NCBI GenBank assembly: GCA_965655095.1
Contig: OZ296652.1
Location: 55,552,001-55,616,000, forward strand
DNA: 64,000 bases
DNA from: Haplodiscus bocki
Taxonomy: Eukaryota
Direction: 5' to 3'
Part shown: positions 32,791 through 44,950 of the stretch, piece after piece
Numbering within the stretch: the stretch's first letter is position 1
How the letters are laid out: every line of letters begins with the position of its first letter
The notes under the pieces: generated by a model
What the model saw: the letters and a program-made list of their open reading frames with translations, nothing else
The model's database searches: none
What the model was told of the DNA's origin: nothing
Made by a program: the position numbers and the translations under genes

Positions 32791-35700
32791 GGACATGAGC
32801 AGCTGGCCACAAACGGTGTCAAATTTTGGGCACACCTATCGTTACCTTCAGTCAATCCACTTCACCGGCAGACAAATGGTTCCTAAGGGCGAAATGCTGC
32901 AGGACGACGGGCGCCATATAGCGTGTTGAAAATTTACAAAACTGAAGACAATATCCCATGTGGTTTGTACATGAAATATGTTTTGAAATCTATGAAATAA
33001 AAGAGCATCTGTGAAACAGTCCCTACTTGTTCAACAATTGCAGGTCTGAAAAAAATATGCTCTGTAAAAGCAGATTAGATTAAGTGTTGTGTGATTTCTT
33101 CATTGAATTAATTAGACTCGATTGAATTAATGGTGTATCAGTAATTATGCGAGAACAATCTAATCCAGTGTGTTTATAGACCTGTTCTCCCAATCTCCTA
33201 ATGGAAAGTAAGGTATTCAAAAGATTTACTGCGTGGTCTCCTCCCACATCCGGAATCGATGCAAGTTTCGACATATTCACAAGGTTAGTTGTCTTTCATC
33301 GAAATGTGCAAACGTTAGTCAGTGCAAGCTGCTTCATGTTTGTGATCAAAAGAAACTCTCAGCTGATATTTCTTCTCGTAAATTTTACAGGTGATTAGAA
33401 ACCTCGATTGATACGACACAGTCCTTAATCCGAATAAAGATTATTGACAGAAGGTTGTCAGTTGAAGTTCAACGAAAACTTTAGTCGCACAAGTTCATTT
33501 GCTGTGTCTGGAAGAACATGAAATTTTTATTAAACATCTATTTGTTCTTTTATGATCGATCGACTGGTTGGCAAAGACCAATTGGAGAAGTGATATGGAG
33601 TTTATGCCTATCAAGGATTGGTTAGTTTTGCGTACGATATACAAAACTTAAGATTCCATCAATGAAACAAAAAAATGATTTCGAAACCCAAAGGTTTACT
33701 TTTTTAAAACCATTTCGTTGACTGAACTCATCAAGTCTACTCCATTATGTAACATTGATGGCAGTGATTTCAAAAAACTTTTGGGTACAGGAAAAACAAA
33801 TTTTTGTCAAGACGTGCGCCCTAACCTTATGCCACACTCGAAAGTCCGTTGGCGCGCTGTCGCGCGCCGATCGTCTCAACTAAAGCCCTACTTGCCGGCT
33901 ATGCCGTCACGCCCCTCTAGGTGGGCGGGGGCCATATTCCCCTCAATATTTGGGCAAGCGGGTAGGGTCCTGATTGCCCTTCTCAGTACCAGGTTTACGG
34001 ATACAAAGCCCGGAGCTCAAAAATGCTAACTTTTAAACTAACCGTAAGATTTTGATAAGCGAGCGGCCCCCACCGTTTTTTTGGACGCTGATTACGATGG
34101 TAGCGGTCAAATTTTGATTGAAAATTCTGGGACCCCCCCCTTTTGCCCCTTTTTGGGGTAAAAACGCCCATTTTTGCATATTTTTGGATTTTTCTCGCCA
34201 ACGGTTGGTTTTAGCGGGTCGGGTGTGGAGTGCAAAAATGATCAGCGTCGGCCAGGGGTTACGGGGGGTATTTTTGTTTTGGGCCACATTTCCCCCCCTA
34301 AAAGTTCACTCCCCAGCCCACGCCCCTTTTAGGGGTAAATGTCCAAAAAGTCGGTGAAGGAGTGCTCGTAGCGTGTCCATGCATAAGGGATGATTTGTAG
34401 TACTGCTGGAGTGCTTTCCAGTGATATAGTTGTTTTGTGCATCGGTTTCCCCCCCTCGGAGACTATGCCCGAAATGTAGATTTTTGGGCAGTTAGACTGT
34501 TTTTTGAGGGGAAGTGAAGGGGTTTGGAGGCATGGATCGTATAGGCAATAATATGCGGCGCGTGCAGGCGAATCAGGGGAACCCACTTACGCCCTCTGTT
34601 TATGCCCGCTACGCAACATTTTTACCCGCTACGCAACATTTTTGCCCGCTACGCAACATTTTTGCCCGTTTTTCCGATTTTTTGTCCACAGTCACTATTT
34701 TACCGCAGATTTGCGCGCTTTTTGCGCCAAATCTGCGGTTGGACCACTCCAGTGGGCCTTCCTTGCTGCTACGACAATTCCTGCCACCAACCAGAAATCC
34801 CCCCTCCGGGTGGGGCACTCGCCCGGTTTCATCGTTCCCACTGTGTTGAGCCACACACGAAAGTCCGTTGGCGCGCTCTCGCGCGCCGATCGTCTCAACT
34901 AAAGCCCTACTTGCCGGCAGGCGCCCCCATTCCCTCTAGGTGGGCGGGGGCCATATTCCCCTCAATATTTGGGCAGGCGGGTAGGGTCCTGGCTGCCCTC
35001 TATGTACCTAAGTTTACTGTCTCCGAGCTTGGGGTAAAAAATGCTAACTTTTAAACTAACCATAAGAATTTGATGAGAGAGCGGCCCCCACTGTTTTTTG
35101 GACGCTGATTACGATGGTAGTGGTTAAAATTTGATTGAAAACTCTGGGACCCCCCCTTTCACCCCTTTTTGGGGTAAAAACGCCCATTTTTGCATATTTT
35201 TGGATTTTTCTCGCCAACGGTTGGGTTTAGAGGGTCGAGTGTGGAGTGCAAAAACGATCAGCGTCGGCCAGGGGTTACGGGGGGTATTTTTGTTTTTGGC
35301 CACAATTCCCCCCCTAAAAGTTGACTTCCCAGCCCACGCCCCTTTTAGGGGTAAATGTCCAAAAAGTCGGTGAAGGAGTGCTCGTAGCGTGTCCATGCAT
35401 AAGGGATGATTTGTAGTACTACTGGAGTGCTTTCCAGTGATATAATTGTTTTGTGCATCGGTTTCCCCCCCTGGGAGACTATGCCCGAAATGTAGTTTTT
35501 TGGGCAGTTAGACTGTTTTTTGAGGGGAAGTGAAGGGGTTTGGAGGCATGGATCGTATAGGCAATAATTTGCGGCGCGTGCAGGCGAATCAGGGGAACCC
35601 ACTTATGCCCTCTGTTGATGCCCGCTACGCAACATTTTTGCCCGCTACGCAACATTTTTGCCCGCTACGCAACATTTTTGCCCGTTTTTCCGATTTTTGG

Positions 35701-36952
35701 TCCAAAGTCACTATTTTACCGCAGATTTGCGCGCTTTTTGCGCCAAATCTGCGGTTGGACCACTCCAGTGGGCCTTCCTTGCTGCTACGACAATTCCTGC
35801 CACCACCAATCAATCCCCCCTCGGGGGGGGCTCTCCCCCGGTTTCATCGTTCCCACTGTGTTGAGCCACACACGAAAGTCCGTTGGCGCGCTCTCGCGCG
35901 CCGATCGTCTCAACTAAAGCCCTACTTGCCGGCAGGCGCCCCCATTCCCTCTAGGTGGGCGGGGGCCATATTCCCCTCAATATTTGGGCAGGCGGGTAGG
36001 GTCCTGGCTGCCCTCTATGTACCTAAGTTTACTGTCTCCGAGCTTGGGGTAAAAAAATGCTAACTTTTAAACTAACCATAAGAATTTGATGAGAGAGCGG
36101 CCCCCACTGTTTTTTGGACGCTGATTACGATGGTAGCGGTCAAATTCTGATTGAAAACTCTGGGACCCCCACTTTTGCCCCTTTTTGGGGTAAAAACGCC
36201 CCTTTTTTGCATATTTTGCAATTTTTCTCGCCAACGGTTGGTTTTAGCGGGTCGGGTGTGGAGTGCAAAAATGATCAGCGTCGGCCAGGGGTTATGGGGG
36301 GTATTTTTGTTTTGGGCCACATTTTCCCCCCCAAAATTTCACTCCCCAGCCCACGCCCCCTATAGGGGTAAATGTCCAAAAAATCGGTGAAGGAGTGCTC
36401 GTAGCGTGTCCATGCATACGGGATGAATTGTAGTACTACTGGAGTGCTTTCCAGTGATATAGTTGTTTTGTGCATCGGTTTCCCCCCCTCGGAGACTATG
36501 CCCGAAATGTGGTTTTTTGGGCACTTAGACTGTTTTTTGAGGGGGAAGGAGTGTGTTTAGAGGCATGGATCGTATAGGCAATAATATGCGGCGCGTGCAA
36601 GCGAATCAGGGGAACCCATTTATGTGCTCTGTTTATGCAGGCTACGCAACATTTTTGCCCGCTACGCAAAAGTTTTGCCCGTTATTCCGATTTTTGGTCC
36701 AGAGTCATTATTTTACCGCAGATTTGCGCGCTTTTTGCGCCAAATCTGCGGTTGGACCACTCCAGTGGGCCTTCCCTGCTGCTACGACAGCAGTTCCTGT
36801 CACCAATCAATCCCCCCTCGGGGGGGGGCACTCCCCCGGTTTCATCGTTCCCACTGTGTTGAGCCACACACGAAAGTCCGTTGGCGCGCTATCGCGCGCC
36901 GATCGTCTTAACTAAAGCCCTACTTGCCAGCAGGCGCCCCCATTCCCTCTAG

Positions 36953-36983
36953 GTCCACAACGGCGTTACCAATGGACTTAGAG
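36953..36983 (+). CDS. Putative 31-nt exon of the sialyltransferase (VHNGVTNGLR-G)
   Basis: Bounded by the array's final ...CCCTCTAG and by AG|GTAATT. Its phase-1 end joins 37296 in frame. VHNGVTNG occupies the position of the MNxAPTxG segment of sialylmotif L. Confidence 0.55.
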
Positions 36984-37295
36984 GTAATTTTCGAAGATAA
37001 TTCGAATTTCCCAAAAAGTCCGACCCAGATTGTAGGAAAGCTTCAGGAAACCTGAACTCTAGGACCAAATTTGTTCTATTACTAAAAAATACTAAAAATC
37101 TCAAGGAGAAAACGTTATTTTGCAGAAAATTCGAATTAAAGTGGTGAAGTAAAATAATTTTGGTCTTTGGATTCAAGTAATGACATGGAAATTGATCACT
37201 GCTCATTCCTTGGTCGATCATTGAACTATAATTGATTTATCATTCCATAATCGTTGATTGACTTCCAATAAATCCTTCATTGAATACCCCTAAAG

Positions 37296-37843
37296 GTCAT
37301 GAACTTTTTGTGGGGTCAAGAACCACAGTCCGACTTGTCTCTCATTCGATGAATTTCACTACTCTGACAAAAATATTGCAGCAAGAATCACCAAATATTC
37401 CGCAGTCTGTTTTATTTTTCTATCCACCGAGACGGCAAAAATCGATTATGAATGTGGCCAATAAACTATCAGCCACTCTGAAAAACACGTCAATCCAAAT
37501 TTATTTGGGCAAAAAGGAAAATGTTGCATATTTCCAGAGGTATTTCACCGCTCAAACTGGGCGAAACTTGGGTCCAGAACATATTTGGATGACAACTGGT
37601 TTTGTTGGAAACGTTATTGCTTTGAAAACATGTGATTCGATCTACATTTACGGTGCTGTGAGTAAGCAAGATTGTGACTCAGGAGTTATATCGAAACAAG
37701 TACCTTATCACTATTACGGAAGCCTGAACAAAAAATTGTGCAAGTACATGAGTACCAAACCTTATGGGCACTCATTTTTCGATGAACATCAAATTTACGA
37801 TGATTGGTCGAAACAAAGGAAAATTGAGTTGCTGCATACCTAA
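37296..37843 (+). CDS. GT29 sialyltransferase (ST6GalNAc-like), 3' exon
   Basis: End of motif L (GHELFVGSRTTVRLVSH), motif S (MTTGFVGNVIALKTCDSIYIYG), motif III (PYHYY) and motif VS (HSFFDEH). The only AG acceptor in the open frame before motif L is at 37294-37295. Confidence 0.85.
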
Positions 37844-40800
37844 GAGAATTAAACATCTCCCAGTTGACAAACTTCTACACATTCACCTCGTGTTTCGTCA
37901 ACAAATTCTGTGGAACCCAAATCTAATTTCATAACTCTTGAACATTCCGAATCTGCAGATTGTCATGTACAAGTTCTATATATTTTTGCTTTTCTTCAGA
38001 ACTCCCCGGTGCTCGAGTTATCTTTTCAGTGTTCAATCTTCAATCAGTCAGCTTTCTGAAGGTTACAAAAACCAGAATACATGTATTTACAACTCAAATG
38101 GCAGTCCATGTATGGAGTTAGAGTTTTTTTGAGTCAATCTTTTTGGTGTGTGATAGGTCCAGTAAACACCATTGAACTACGTTGCCATCTCAAGTTAAAT
38201 ACTCCAAAAGGTTTTGTATAAAGTAATTCCATCCTGTTCTCAATCTTCGTGAATTTTATACTTTAAGACGTTTGAATCCAAACACGTCCTGCAAGATAAC
38301 AGCTCCTACGACGTCAGACAGCGTTCTTCCTTTTAGTTTGTTTCCCAAATGAATATTAATTTTGCTTAATACGAAATTTAACCAAAAATTCAAAACAGTA
38401 GTTGGTTTTTCTCTTCACTGTCCTGCCAATTGCTTATTCTAGCCAGCAAAGATGAGGTAGCAGCATGACATCGCTTGACAGATGTCAGTCAAAAGGTCAT
38501 TGACGTCAGTTGTGATGGAACTGTTTGTTAATACTAAGTTTACTGAGACATTTACTATATTCGAAATTTTGGGTTGGGATGAAAAAAAATTCGTCAGCGT
38601 CTGAAAAAGTCCGCTTTGGCTAAAAAAACTCGAAAAACTAAATAATTTTCCTTGAAACTTTTGCTCAAAACTGTTCTTTTAAAAATGTAGAAGTGATTTT
38701 TGATCAGTTGAAGCATCTTGCCATTGATTCTGATTGATTTCTTTGGCGGAGTTCATTTTTAGGTGAAGTTTTCAAAGAAAATTCAAAAAACTTGGTTTTC
38801 TTGCAAAAAATTCTCAAATTTTCCCCCATTGACAACTATACTATTCGTCACATCGGTTTTCCACGAAAAATAGCGATCAACGAACTAGGACAAGGGAACT
38901 CAACTTTAGACTTTGAGAACTATCCAAGACAATCAAAATGTATTAATTTATTTTTTCATTTGGAGAAACCTAAAAATTTCCGACACCTATCACTATTTGT
39001 CAAAATTTGAAAACAGTATACTCCGCCAGTTGAAGATTTTTTGACACCCACAAATGATTGAACCATAAAAAGAAGGTTTTCTTAAAATTCAGTTGCATTT
39101 CTGTAGAGGTGTGCTTGAATTCTTTTGCCTAGTTTTTCCAAAAGTAATTTTGAAAAAAAGGGCTTTTCGTCAAAGTCGTCAATTTTTCGCCTTTACAGCG
39201 GTAAACAGTCCTCCGTCTTGTACAAGGATACAAGGATATCAATTATCGTGTGAACTGGACGAAAGGACCGGAATGTAATTGTTGAGAGGTATCACATATA
39301 TTCTACGAATAAGTTTTTTCCCTGGAACAGAATAAAACGAATGAGATGCAACCACTGGTTTCTAATCTAAAAATCGTTCTATCCCAGTCAAAATCTTTGG
39401 CTTTTTTTCTTATAAAAGGGATCCAGTGATATCTCTGCAATTTTTGAATATAAATTGATCTTTTTTTCTTTGCCGAAATACTCACTGGAAATAATGCAGT
39501 GCCACTGCCCCTCCCCTCTTGTTTATATTTTCTCCTCGAAAATTGCCGTGGAATGTTCTTGTGTACCGGAAACCATCAGAAAGCTTTTTTGACAATAGGA
39601 AACTGTCATTTCGTCTGAAATACTTGAAGTGACCAATCTGAAATTTGTTAAAATGCGAGGTAGTCAGATTAGCAAAATCAAATCATAATGGCGGGAAACC
39701 AAGACTCCGAGCCGCCTTCCTCTGGCTGAGATAGAAAAAAAATATTTAGAATTATCTAAAAGACAGCAGAAAAAAACTCATTTTTTGCATTGTTTAGTTA
39801 CAATTATGGGCTACATATCACTCAAAAAAACCTGAAAAAATACTTTTTTTTGCCTCTGACTGAATTCTTACTTCAAAAGGTTTCTGCCCCCATTCATTAT
39901 ACGTCACATCAGTAGATTCTTGGGAGCTGTACACTCAGCTTAAATATTGTGGAATGTCATCAATCTTTTATGAATTCTTTCCTTTCCCTCTGGAACCTAG
40001 CATGGAATGTTGCACCTCAAAAGTACAGATAATCCGAAGAATTTAGTATTTTTTGTGATTCAGGGCCGGATCGTTTGTTCTACGCTTTTGTGTCAGCAGC
40101 TCCTCTGAAATGTTTCTATCAGAGAAAAATGCATTTGAGATCACCCTTTTATCGAAGAGAAGCTTTTTCATGAGGAATGGAAGCTGGAGAATCATTGATC
40201 GCATCCATGCTAATTGGTACCCAGAAAGAGAAACTGCGTTTTCCAGCTGTTCTTAGGTCTCCTGATGAAAACAAAACCATCCAGGCTGTCTCATGACACG
40301 GTTCCTGGTGGCTGTTGAGTAAATTGGGACACTTTCGAAGGAAAATCTTGTATACTTATTTGAATATTTTCGGTATGTCAGGGTAATCAGCAGTAGTTTT
40401 TCGTAAGTTATACATTCAAGCTGATCGCGACGTTTGTTCTATCTAGTTTCAACTCAGTTTGGTTTGTTTATTTTATATTTTACATACATATAATGTTTAT
40501 TTAATTTTACAACATTAAATTGTTAATAGAAAAACTGTCGTTTCTGAAAAAATCTGATCAAGTCTTCATTTTTCGGAAACTTGTTAATGTTCATTTTGAA
40601 AACCTTTTACAACTGAGGTTTGATAAAATTGTTCCCAGCCAAGGTGATCAGAAAAATATAAAGTGATCAAAAGGGGCATTACAAAGTGTTTGAATTCAAT
40701 GCGTGTTGCAAGACCGATTCACAACGACTCAAACGGCCATTTCCCACTACTTAGAAACAGAAGTGATTTTTTTACTTACAAGATCAAACCCCTCAAGCTC

Positions 40801-41499
40801 TGTCGGGCTAATGTTCAATGGAGTTGAATTTTTGGTTCGGTTTTTTGGCCTGAAACTGAATGGTTTCTGACTGATCGCGTCCTGACTGTTTAGTTCATTT
40901 AGGTAGAATACTAACGATGTTAAAGCTGAATAGCTGGTCTTCGGTGGTCTTGCTCCAATTGGTCTTCGGTCGTCTTGCTCCATAGCGTGTTGTTTTTTGA
41001 TCTTAGAGAGAAATACAAATATCACTCGAAATTGGTTTCTGAGTCGTAATAAAATGCTTGACCAATATCAATGGTGCAAATTCATTAAAGTGGAGACTAT
41101 TGATTAGATCGTAGACGTGTAAGGGAAAGTTTCACTTCTCCTCCAAACCTGAACTTTCTTTTGAACGATTTGGCCCTAAGTCATCAACTCCACGAACTCT
41201 TAAAAAGTCCGTCATCAAATTTGCGATGACCAAAACAAGCTCTTTGCATTCTCTAAGAGCCGCAGCAGCTCCAAGAGGAAATCATCTCAAAAGGACGGAA
41301 AGCTGAAGGTGGCTGGGAACCAAATTTTGACAACAGTTGTAAACTGAAGGTCAAATATTTTGCTCTTCGAGCCACGATCGCTTTGGTCACTACACGATTC
41401 AATCAATGTCCTATCAGGCGTACACTGAAAAGATGTGAAATCCTTCTTCTTGGTTCATAAGCGATTGACACACAGCCAGTTGTCATGTCTGCCGCAGAA

Positions 41500-44400
41500 G
41501 ACACTGAAGCTACTCAACAATCACTAAACAGAAAAAACTGACGAAAATCAGATGCGGACTCGAATTTGCCATCTCTGGATCAAAACTAATGTAACTGATA
41601 TATTTGGCACACCCATGGAGACGCGAATGAGACTGCTTCATGTGAAGCAGAGTTCAAAAAGGTGCAAGTTGAAACTGCTGTAATACAGAGAGTCGATAGT
41701 GAAATTGAGTTTTTGATTGATAACCACTAGGATATGAAAAGTTAGATAGACTTATCAGCTGACTTTCATAATTTCGAATGAGAAGCAACCTTTCGTTCAT
41801 TGGCACTGATCCAAAACTAGTAGGACGTTATTGAAAAGTCTCAAAACAGTATACCGACAAAATGAAATATCTATAGTGACCTAGTTTTCTTTGAAATGAA
41901 GTCTTACAGCTCCAAATACCGACTTCCACAGGATTCTATACAGGACGGAAAAGGTTTCATTCAACAGTTCACTTCAATTCACATACGTCAAACTCTGAGA
42001 ATCTGAAATGCTCTGCAGCTAAAAACAGAGGAGGCTCATCTGATCATGACCAAATTGATCTCAACCACTACTTCCAAACACAAAGGTGCCATATCACTTT
42101 TGGAAGACAGGTACGAATAAAATTAACATCTCACATGCTCATCCGACATCTTACAGCATCTTACAGCTAATTAGCAGCCAATTAGCTACTAGTAAAATTA
42201 GCATCTTACAGCCAATCTCAATTGTAACTCAAGGTTCGATCATCGGGGGGTGCAAGAAGGTGTCAAGAACTGACAAATGTGCTTCTCAGTTCTGGTATTT
42301 GTTTTGTCCGAGAAAATGGATCAACAAACGCAAAAGCGGCGGAAATTGGAGAATCTAGGAAGTAACAAGCTGACTTGCAAACAAATGTCAACTTTCCTAG
42401 CACAACAAGGCACGGGATCAGAACAGTTGCCGTGAATTTCGACCCGAAAGCAAATGTAAAACTAGCAAACTTGAAAATAATAGAATATTCCAGCTTGCTT
42501 TCAAATACGCTGTCCGCATGCCTCATGCATTTCTCCAGTTTGAACTACTGTCGTTTGCGGACATACACCAATAAGTGGAAAGCAAAAAAGCTTTTCTTCA
42601 ATTATTTTCCGAGCGGATAGTCACCGATTGCATGAGATCCCGACTTCATATACAGTAAACGTTAAATAAAACACCACTCTTAGCTTTGTGGATGTTTCAA
42701 GGTTCATAGTGCACCTAAAAGCATTGACAGTCAAGAAAGTAATGAACAATATTCTCACAAAACTTTGAAGTCCATAAAAACGAATTAGAGCAAGAAGTTC
42801 ATCGGTCGACAGCGAATTCATCACAGTGCTGCTCTTTGTCGCACTTGTATCAATACAAGATTAAACACCCTAGCTCTGTTCGAAATACATTGATAGGTTT
42901 TTATGTTGTCTACGAGAGACATCAAGTAACTGTCGAGGAATTAGCCCATCTTAGAAGTCTCGTTGACTGGACCCCTTAGTGTTGAACGAAATACATCACG
43001 TGACAACAAGCAACACCATAATCGTTGAGGGCAATTATAGACAAAAAGATAAATATGTTACCAAGGAGACATGCACAAAACCTAAAATAAGGTTCTCTTA
43101 AATTCAAAAGCTAAAAATTGAAAAACTACGGAGACAAAAATTGATGAAAAAATTATGTTTGACAAAAAACTATAGTTCTATCTTTTGAGTTACAATTCCT
43201 GACTGGATACTTTCTGCCGCTGCTGCAATAACTGATGCTAAAAGCGTCGAAGCAAATCCGACATGAGCAACACATGATGTCTCGTCTCAGACCGTCTTCT
43301 TTCGATTTTTGGCATAAAAGAATAATTACCTGAAACCACACAACCAACTGACGGAAGGACTTTTTACGAGCAACAATATAACTCCAGGGCGCAATATAAT
43401 GATTGTAAACATGTCGTTGTCCAAATGCCGTTCAAAAAAGACCTAATCAACCAGGTGTAGTCACTTCGATCTCTAATTGAAAGATCAAAGTGCGAAAATG
43501 TCTCAAACCAAGTCCAAAGAGCCCTGCAACTGAATATTTTAGATTGACAACATACTCACTGGAGCTAAGCCAGAACCTTTCAGCAAACCTCCTGCAGAGC
43601 TAACTCACAGAAATAATCAAATCTGAAAAATTGTCCGTGGCGTAGGCAGTTGAAATGACGAATCAAAATTTCTCTAAAGTCAACCAGAATATCAAGAAAG
43701 GAATGGAAACTGACAGTTTCTCATTTCAGAGCACGAATACTTGGCACCGTCTGGAAACACAGTCATGACATTTTTTTGAAGTGTGCTGATTTGTATGAAA
43801 TCAATTTTGAGAATAATTCAGTTGCAGACAGACAAACAGTTGGTGAGGAATCCTAAACTTTTCACATTTAGGTTGGCTGTAACCTATAAGTGTGCCGCTT
43901 AAGCAACTCGAACGAAAAACACGAGGAACTGGTGTTAAGTAAAATGAAAGCCCCACCATCAATAAGTCAATTTCTTTATCAGTTTGAGACCTAACTGAAC
44001 CCGTTTGAGCGAATTAAAGATTTAGAGCAGGCCATTCTGTCCACGAAATTAGATTCAGTAGCTACAAATGGTTTCGTCGCTTTATCGTTCCGTCAAAAAA
44101 GCATATGTGCTTTGCGTTTTTGCTCGTGGCTGGCGGAAACTTTCACTATTTAATGCTAAAAGGGAAGTAATGTCTTTGTTTTTACCATATGTTCCAAGCA
44201 CAGATGTATGTATCACCCTTTTAACCGATCGTCTCCTAAAAAAAGAAATAATCAAGGAGTAATACGCTTGGCGAGTTCGACAAAAATTTTGCGCTAATTA
44301 TCCAGAAGATCTCTTTCCTGGTTAACGTTTCTTTCGAATCGTGAATCTAAAACACCCGGTAACTGCAATATAAATTGGATTCTTGTCTCTCCGTAACTAA

Positions 44401-44950
44401 ACGCAGCAGATCTTGCCACTATAAAATTAATTCCAATTGAAATTCGAAAACGCAGCCTCTAGTGAGATGGTTCCGGATTGCTCCTCAATGGAGATTTTCC
44501 ACACACTGTGTAACCTACAAAAACTTGTGACTTGTGAAATAAAACATAATCAGCTCTAAAATCTAGTTTATCTGGTTTTCATTGTTTTTTCAGAACTCAA
44601 AGCTCTAAAGGTGACCGTAAAGATAACTTCGAACAAACCTCACGTAATCTGTTTTATAAAACCTAATGGTGAACGTCTCATATCAAAACTGAGAACAAAG
44701 GAGAGTTTTCCGAGCTACATAACAGCGCCCTAAGTGACTAATTCACCACTGGCATTGCCTTGACTTGTTCAAAAAAGACATTATGAGGACAACAAATTTC
44801 CCGGAAAACAACAAGAGTAGAACTTACTGCAAGTAGCTGCATAAATGTTTGAAAACCCAATCAAGTGATGCTACTCTTTTCAAACAGGTTTTTTAAAAAT
44901 TATTGCTCAGCTTGCAGATAAGTGTTGGTTTGACGATATATTCAAAGTTG
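41500..44950 (+). mobile_element. Highly degenerate BEL/Pao LTR retrotransposon remnant (boundaries approximate)
   Basis: RT-like IDNILTGA (~43542), LGWL.P-like segment (~43868) and RNase H-like KKAYVLCVF...LFNAKREV (44068-44262). Many stops and frameshifts. Confidence 0.5.

Larger units (their letters stand above)
20195..33920 (+). mobile_element. Putative autonomous Helitron-like (rolling-circle) transposon, 13.7 kb, occupying one unit of the array
   Basis: Same GTGGGCGGGGGCC start and hairpin...CTAG end as the 1-kb units. Contains an uninterrupted Rep-helicase ORF. No target-site duplication is visible. Confidence 0.9.
1..36952 (+). repeat. Head-to-tail tandem array of Helitron-like element units (open at the window's left edge)
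   Basis: Unit ends (last base of CTAG, CTGG at 2611) at 769, 1763, 2611, 4034, 5033, 6033, 7032, 8032, 9041, 10039, 13693, 14693, 16105, 17109, 18128, 19127, 20194, 33920, 34939, 35954 and 36952. Each is followed directly by GTGG except the last, which is followed by unique sequence (GTCCACAAC). All ends except 4034 share the core GAAAGTCCGTTGGCGCGCTGTCGCGCGCCGATCGTCTCAACTAAAGCCCTACTTGCC. Confidence 0.95.

Noticed and set aside
39800-40320. Faint minus-strand resemblance to a pogo-type DDE transposase
   Set aside because: Too degenerate; no continuous frame or catalytic triad could be identified by eye.
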